A DNA stretch of 64,000 bases from Octopus sinensis. Lineage: Eukaryota. The translations under genes and the position numbers were made by a program. The stretch is from assembly GCF_006345805.1 (NCBI RefSeq), contig NC_043000.1:119102001-119166000 (forward strand). The letters run 5' to 3'. Below are positions 52,432 to 64,000 of this stretch, piece after piece (the stretch's first letter is position 1; each line of letters opens with the position of its first letter). Below the pieces are notes generated by a model. That model was not told the origin of the DNA, ran no database searches, and saw only the letters and a list, made by a program, of their open reading frames with translations.

Positions 52432-53419
52432 AGTTTAGGTAATATGTATAGACATGAAGTTGTAAGCCATACTTTTAAATTCGTAAATCAAAACAATGAG
52501 AGTATACATGCTCAAACAATCGAAGTGAGATGGGTGCTCGCCAATAAACAAAAACAGCCAAGGCGACAATGCAGAATGGGCAGTGCTTTATATACATCGT
52601 ATCTGCAGGGGTGTTTTTGGAGAAGTATATTCGGAAACCATGAACTGTCATTCACGAATCTGATTTCATATAACATGTTTTGCTTATAAAGAAAAATTTC
52701 TTGCAAACATTGTTTTCAAGTTTAATTTATTTTCTAGTTTAAATCTGCTCAGTGTCATTGCTTCGGTGGCCTTTCATTGCGGGTTTTTGCTCTCGTCACT
52801 TCCATTTGTGTCAGTTTTACGCATTTTATCGCAATTTACTTCCATTATTTTATCACCCAAAATTGTATGTTAACGCTGATTTTCAGAGTTTACTGAAGCA
52901 ACAGGAGATGAAGTATATTGCTCAAGGATTCAATCCACAACACAATCTGAGAACTGAGTCCAATGATACGTATGCATGACATAATATGTGACTTAAACTT
53001 TTACTCCAAACGAATAGCACCAATATTTCGGCTGTTTCATAAGCGCATAGTTGCATACAATACCTCGTATCTAAAATAATGTATTAAATTTATACGAAAG
53101 ATCGTTAAAAGGCGGAGAGTTATAATTTGAAAGGCAAACTCATTAACGTTTTGTGAAATTTAATATTAGAAAAACAAAACAGGTTGCCGTGGGAAACAAA
53201 ACGCTAAATGACTGCTTGGAATAAGAAATATTTCAAGTTTAAAAGAAAAGAGAAAAAAAATCAGTTTTCAATAGACACCAGTGCTGTAAACTGATTTATA
53301 TGTAACTCTAGTTCGACAATCAGAGATCACTTCCTTCTTTTTGAATGACAACTATGTCAAGAGATAAAAACTTCAGTGAAAGATTTGGTATGTAAAATTA
53401 CTGAAAATATATTACTTAC

Positions 53420-53870
53420 CTGTGAGTTCAAATATCTTTGTAGTTTGAGGATGAGTTGATGGTTTAGAAGTAGTGGTTGGCAAAATTTTACTTAGTAATG
53501 AACTTCGTTTGAAAGGAACACCGTGAGTGGTAACTACAGACTTTGTAGGTGGTTTTGTAGCAGCTCCAACATCATTTAACTTGGTGGTTTTTGATCGATT
53601 TATCTGTGCACTGCAATCATTAGAGTTTGGCCAGTTACAGACGTTAAATTCTGGGTCAAAATGTAGTCCTGTATTGCAAGACATTAATATTTTCCTCTTA
53701 TATCCAATGCACCGATAGAATTGGCTAGGGTTTTCTTCGTGGCACACAAAACCACCACTTGCCGCACAAATTTCATTAGAATATGATGGAGTAATAAATA
53801 AAACATGTCCCAAAATTAATAACAACCAAAATTTATATTGATATTTATGAAAAACTCCTTCAAAGCCCAT
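53420..53870 (-). CDS. Chitin deacetylase paralog 2, exon 1: signal peptide, single CBM14, short Ser/Thr linker
   Basis: MGFEG... aligns with the paralog 1 start (in-frame alternative ATG at 53876). 6-Cys domain CAASGGFVCHEE...CNWPNSNDC. Donor G|GTAAGT at 53420/53419. Spliced length is 1404 nt (467 aa plus stop). Confidence 0.9.
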
Positions 53871-53974
53871 TTCCATGAAATATTCGTCGATATAAACGTA
53901 TATGTCGATTTGAAATGTTAAACGTACTGCTAGAAATTTAGGCTGAGACTGATATTGTTTAACTTCTTTATCGC

Positions 53975-54065
53975 TTTTAAACACTTTGTGGCTTAAAACA
54001 AGCCACAATGACGAGTTAATGGGAGGGGAGATAAGTTATTTATAACCAGTCAGAAAGTTCCGCCC
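53975..54065 (-). promoter_or_regulatory. Paralog 2 putative promoter (GC box retained; TATAAAA changed to TTTAAAA)
   Basis: Alignment to 4962-5043. Confidence 0.4.
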
Positions 54066-54365
54066 ACCATTCTCACATTAAGTGCAGAGGGAAGAGCCCT
54101 ACTACCAAAAAAGCAGGTATTTGATAGTTTTTTTTATTTGTTTTTCATTCTTCTATATCCTTTCTGTTTGATTTGTTTGGTTTTTGTTAGAAGTCAACTG
54201 TTTGTGAATGTGAGGTAGAGTCCAATTTTATGCTTCACACGGTCGTTTGAATAACAGAAAGCGCTTTTCAGACCAGAATCTTAATGTCTATGTGGTTTCG
54301 ATTCCCTGCCGATTCTATTTCACTTACGCTGCAAATTTTGCCGCGAAAATAAATTGATGGAAGGA

Positions 54366-55678
54366 TTTAGCAACAAAATTGTAGAGTAACTTTAGTACAT
54401 TAGATTAAGGATAATTAGGTCAGGAAATGGAGAAATTTATAACACTCACCATATGAGTGCATCGTAATATGCTTAGCGGCATTTTGTCCGTCTTCACGCT
54501 CTGAGTTCAAATGTCGCCGTGGTCGACTTTGCTTTTCATCCCCTCGGGGGTCTTTAAAATGAGCTTCACTTGACTACTTGGGTCGATGCTATCGACTATA
54601 TCCCCTCCACGAAATTGCAGGCCTTGTGCCAAAATTTGAAATCAATATTGATACATAATATATAAATGGCTTTCTTATATAAACAAATACATACTTTCAC
54701 TTAAACACACCTTTATATAATTGTAAAGTAAATATGAATATATGGTACAGTTACGCTACACTAACTGTACCATATATTCAGATCTAATACAATAAAACCA
54801 TAAATCCTGGTATATTGCTAATACTGGTATATTAAAATAAAATAATTGCACCCTTTTTAAAGCCTAGCCAGGCTCATGGGCCCGGTTCCCCCGTTTCTAT
54901 GGCGCATGTGTTCCCCAGCTGGACGAGACGCCAGTCCATCGCAGCGTTACTCATTTTTGCTAGCTGAGTGGACTGGTTCAATGTGAAATGAAATGACTTG
55001 CTCAAGAACACAACGCGTCGCCCGGTCCAGGAATCGAAACTACAATCTTACGATCATGATGCTGACACCCTAACCACTAAGCCACGCGCCTCCACAATAC
55101 TGGCATATTACTAATTATAACATATTCTTTTCTACTCTAGACACAAGGATCGAAATTTGGGGGGAAGGGACCAGTCGATTAAATCGACCCCAGTACGCAA
55201 CTGGTACTTAATTTATCGACCCCGAAAGGATGAAAGGCAAAGTCGACCTGGGCGGAATTTGAATGTAAAGACAGACAAAATACCTATTTCTTTACTGCCC
55301 ACAAGGGGCTAAACCCAGAGGAGGCAAACAAGGACAGACAAACGGATTAAGTCGATTATATCGACTCCAGTGCGTAACTGATACTTATTTAATCGACCCC
55401 AAAAGGATGAAAGGCAAAGTCGGCTTCGGCGGAATTTAAACTCAGAAAGTTTATTTCATGTTCATGAAATCTATGGAATTAAGGGTCATTAAGGCTTTAG
55501 CCACAAAATTGTAGAGTAATTTTAGTACATTAGATTAAGGATAATTAGGTTAGGAAATGGAGGAATTTATAACACTTACCATATGAGGGCATCGTAATAT
55601 GCTTAGCGGCATTTCGTCCGTCTTCACGCTCTGAATTCAAATTCCGCCGTAGTCGATTTTGCCTTTACCCCCTCGGGG
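54366..55678 (+). repeat. About 185-bp direct repeats (54366-54549, 55496-55678)
   Basis: TTTAG..ACAAAATTGTAGAGTAA...CCTCGGGG occurs on both. Confidence 0.85.
54840..55093 (-). mobile_element. tRNA-derived SINE (third family; CORE/V-like centre)
   Basis: Head GGAGGCGCGTGGCTTAGTGG...GTTTCGATTCC and centre TCTTGAGCAAGTCA...CCACTCAGCT..AAAATGAGTA. Confidence 0.7.
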
Positions 55679-55806
55679 TCGATAGTTCTCTCAGTAGCTT
55701 CTGGATTGATAGGCTTTTACTACTAACTCATGTTGTAACTTGATCCAAGCAAGAGCAGTAGCAAGCGCACATGCTAATTTACTAATGGAATAATAAGAAG
55801 AATATA

Positions 55807-62094
<6,288 letters not shown>

Positions 62095-62279
62095 ATGTAT
62101 GTATGTATGTATGTACGTATGTATATGTGTGTGTATATGTGTGTGTGTCTGTGTTTGTCCCCCCAACATCGCTCGACAACCGATGCTGGTGTGTTTACGT
62201 CTCCGTAACTTAGCGGTTCGGCAAAAGAGACCGATAGAATAAGTACTAGGCTTACAAAGAATAAGTCTTCGCTGGATTT

Positions 62280-62770
62280 GCAATCTCAGTGTGCATATAC
62301 AACAGACTGTAAGCATCTTGAAAGAAAAGTTAGGCATAAGAGGTGTCAGATGTGATGTGGAAAGAGGGAAGACTGCGTATGGAACGCGTATGGACAATGA
62401 CACTTGTGTAAAGAAGCGCCAGTCTCTAACTGTGGAGGGAATCTATGGAAGAAGTAGGCCCAGAAAGACATGAGACGAGATAGTGTTGCATTGTCTTCGG
62501 ATGCTGGGTCGCACAGAGGCGATGACAAGTGATCGAAACCTTTGGCGATTTGGTGTGCTTATCAAGCCAAGTGAAATCGGAGTCGTGGACAATGCCGGTG
62601 ACACGTAAAAGGCATCCACCACACTCTTGGAGTGGTTGGCGTCCGGAAGAGCATCCAGCCGTAGAAACAAACCAAAGCAGACACGAGCCTAGTACAGCTC
62701 TCCAGTATGCCAATTCCTATCAAGCCGTCTAATTCCTGCCAGCTTGGAAAACGTACGTTAAATGATGATG
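62280..62770 (+). mobile_element. RTE LINE 3' fragment
   Basis: Homologous to 44150-44940, with a (GAT)n tail. Confidence 0.8.
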
Positions 62771-63192
62771 ATTCGAATATACATGAATATAATGACTATA
62801 TATTCTTTTATTCTTTTACTTGTTTCAGTCATATGACTGCGGTCATGCCGGAGCACCGCCTTTAGTCGATCAAATCGACCCCCTGACTTATTCTTTGTAA
62901 TCCCGGTACTTATTCTATCGGTCTTTTTTGCTGAACTGCTAAGTTACGGGGACGCAAACACACCAACATCGGTTGTCAAGTGATGGAGGTGGGTTACAAA
63001 CACAGAAACACAAACACATACATATATACATACACGACAGGATTCTTCCAGTTTCCGCCACAAATCCACTCACAAGGCTTTGGTCGGCCCAAATCAATAG
63101 TAGAAGATACTTGCCCAAGTTGCCACACAGTGGGACTGAACCCGGAACCATGTGGTTGGGAAGCAAGCTCATTACCACACAGCCACTCCTAC

Positions 63193-63240
<48 letters not shown>

Positions 63241-63512
63241 GTATGTATATGTATGTATATGTATGTATATGTATATATACATACAGCTGAGTATACTATC
63301 ATAGAATAGACTAAAGCATTAGAAAATTTTAGCTCTTATTTCTAGCAATGTAGGTGTTTCTAACATTCTGGTCATATTTAAGTGACAATTATAGTTTTCC
63401 TATTTGGTAAAACATTGCATATTGCTGTCTGTATTAATTTTCTGTTAAATCATCCATAGATTTTGGGGGTGAAAACATATATACTGACAGAGAATTCAGT
63501 CTTGTAACTGCC

Positions 63513-63573
63513 GAAATCCTTTCTGATGAGGCAACGGAAATTGCTGAAACTGACCGGTGAGTATAAGGAATTC
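63513..63573 (+). ncRNA. Type I hammerhead ribozyme candidate with canonical core
   Basis: GAAATCCTTT CTGATGA GGCAA-CGGAAA-TTGCT GAAA CTGACCGGTGAG TA TAAGGAATTC. Predicted cleavage is GUA after 63563. Confidence 0.7.
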
Positions 63574-63609
63574 TCGATCGGTATTTTCGGGTGGTTATAG
63601 TTCCTGTTA

Positions 63610-63640
<31 letters not shown>

Positions 63641-63642
63641 TG

Positions 63643-64000
63643 ATCAGAGACAGAAAATGGAATTCACGTGATTCTTTATTCAAAATCAGAGACAGAAAAT
63701 GGATCAGAGGCAGAAAATGGAATTCATGTGATTGTTTATTCAAAATCAGAGACAGAAAATGGATCAGAGGCAGAAAATGGAATTCATGTGATTGTTTATT
63801 CAAAATTAGAGACAGTAAATGGATCAGTGGCAGAAAATGGAATTCATGTGATTGTTTATTCAAAATCAGAGACAGAAAATGGATCAGTGGCAGAAAATGG
63901 AATTCATGTGATTGTTTATTCAAAATTAGAGACAGTAAATGGATCAGTGGCAGAAAATGGAATTCATGTGATTGTTTATTCAAAATCAGAGACAGAAAAT
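63643..64000. repeat. 60-bp minisatellite (about 6 copies, runs off the window end)
   Basis: Unit AATTCATGTGATTGTTTATTCAAAATCAGAGACAGAAAATGGATCAGAGGCAGAAAATGG. Confidence 0.97.

Larger units (their letters stand above)
50829..52513. other. About 1.7-kb segment present only in the paralog 2 intron, bounded by AAACA on both sides
   Basis: The paralog 1 intron reads through this point (about 6840-6850). AAACA occurs at 50824-50828 and 52514-52518. Confidence 0.75.

Noticed and set aside
53877-54008. N-terminal extension MWLVLSHK... of ORF 53412..54008
   Set aside because: It starts at a non-ATG codon upstream of the TATA-equivalent position and is not conserved as coding in paralog 1.
63450-63983. 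177-aa repeat protein on the minus strand
   Set aside because: Openness follows from the 60-bp unit being stop-free, and there is no splice or promoter support.

Overview
This is AT-rich, microsatellite-dense eukaryotic genomic DNA. The SINE and RTE repertoire suggests a cephalopod, probably Octopus (inference). Only two host genes are supported. Both are two-exon paralogs encoding secreted chitin-binding (CBM14/peritrophin-A) plus CE4 chitin deacetylase proteins, arranged as a convergent inverted pair about 40 kb apart: join(5163..5928,7811..8754), 569 aa with two CBM14 domains, and complement(join(48916..49868,53420..53870)), 467 aa with one CBM14 domain. A third, deleted ghost copy of the locus lies at 20311..24244. 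The rest is transposon relics (Penelope-like, RTE, CR1/L2, Tx1/L1, Tc1/mariner, Merlin, several tRNA-derived SINE families). The most unusual signal is a set of type I hammerhead-ribozyme-like folds at Penelope-like element ends: one with a canonical core (63513..63573) and three variant families (a C3G/G8C swap, A6U and U4C), several of them inside head-to-head fold-back palindromes. Identities and alignments were judged by eye, and transposon boundaries are approximate.
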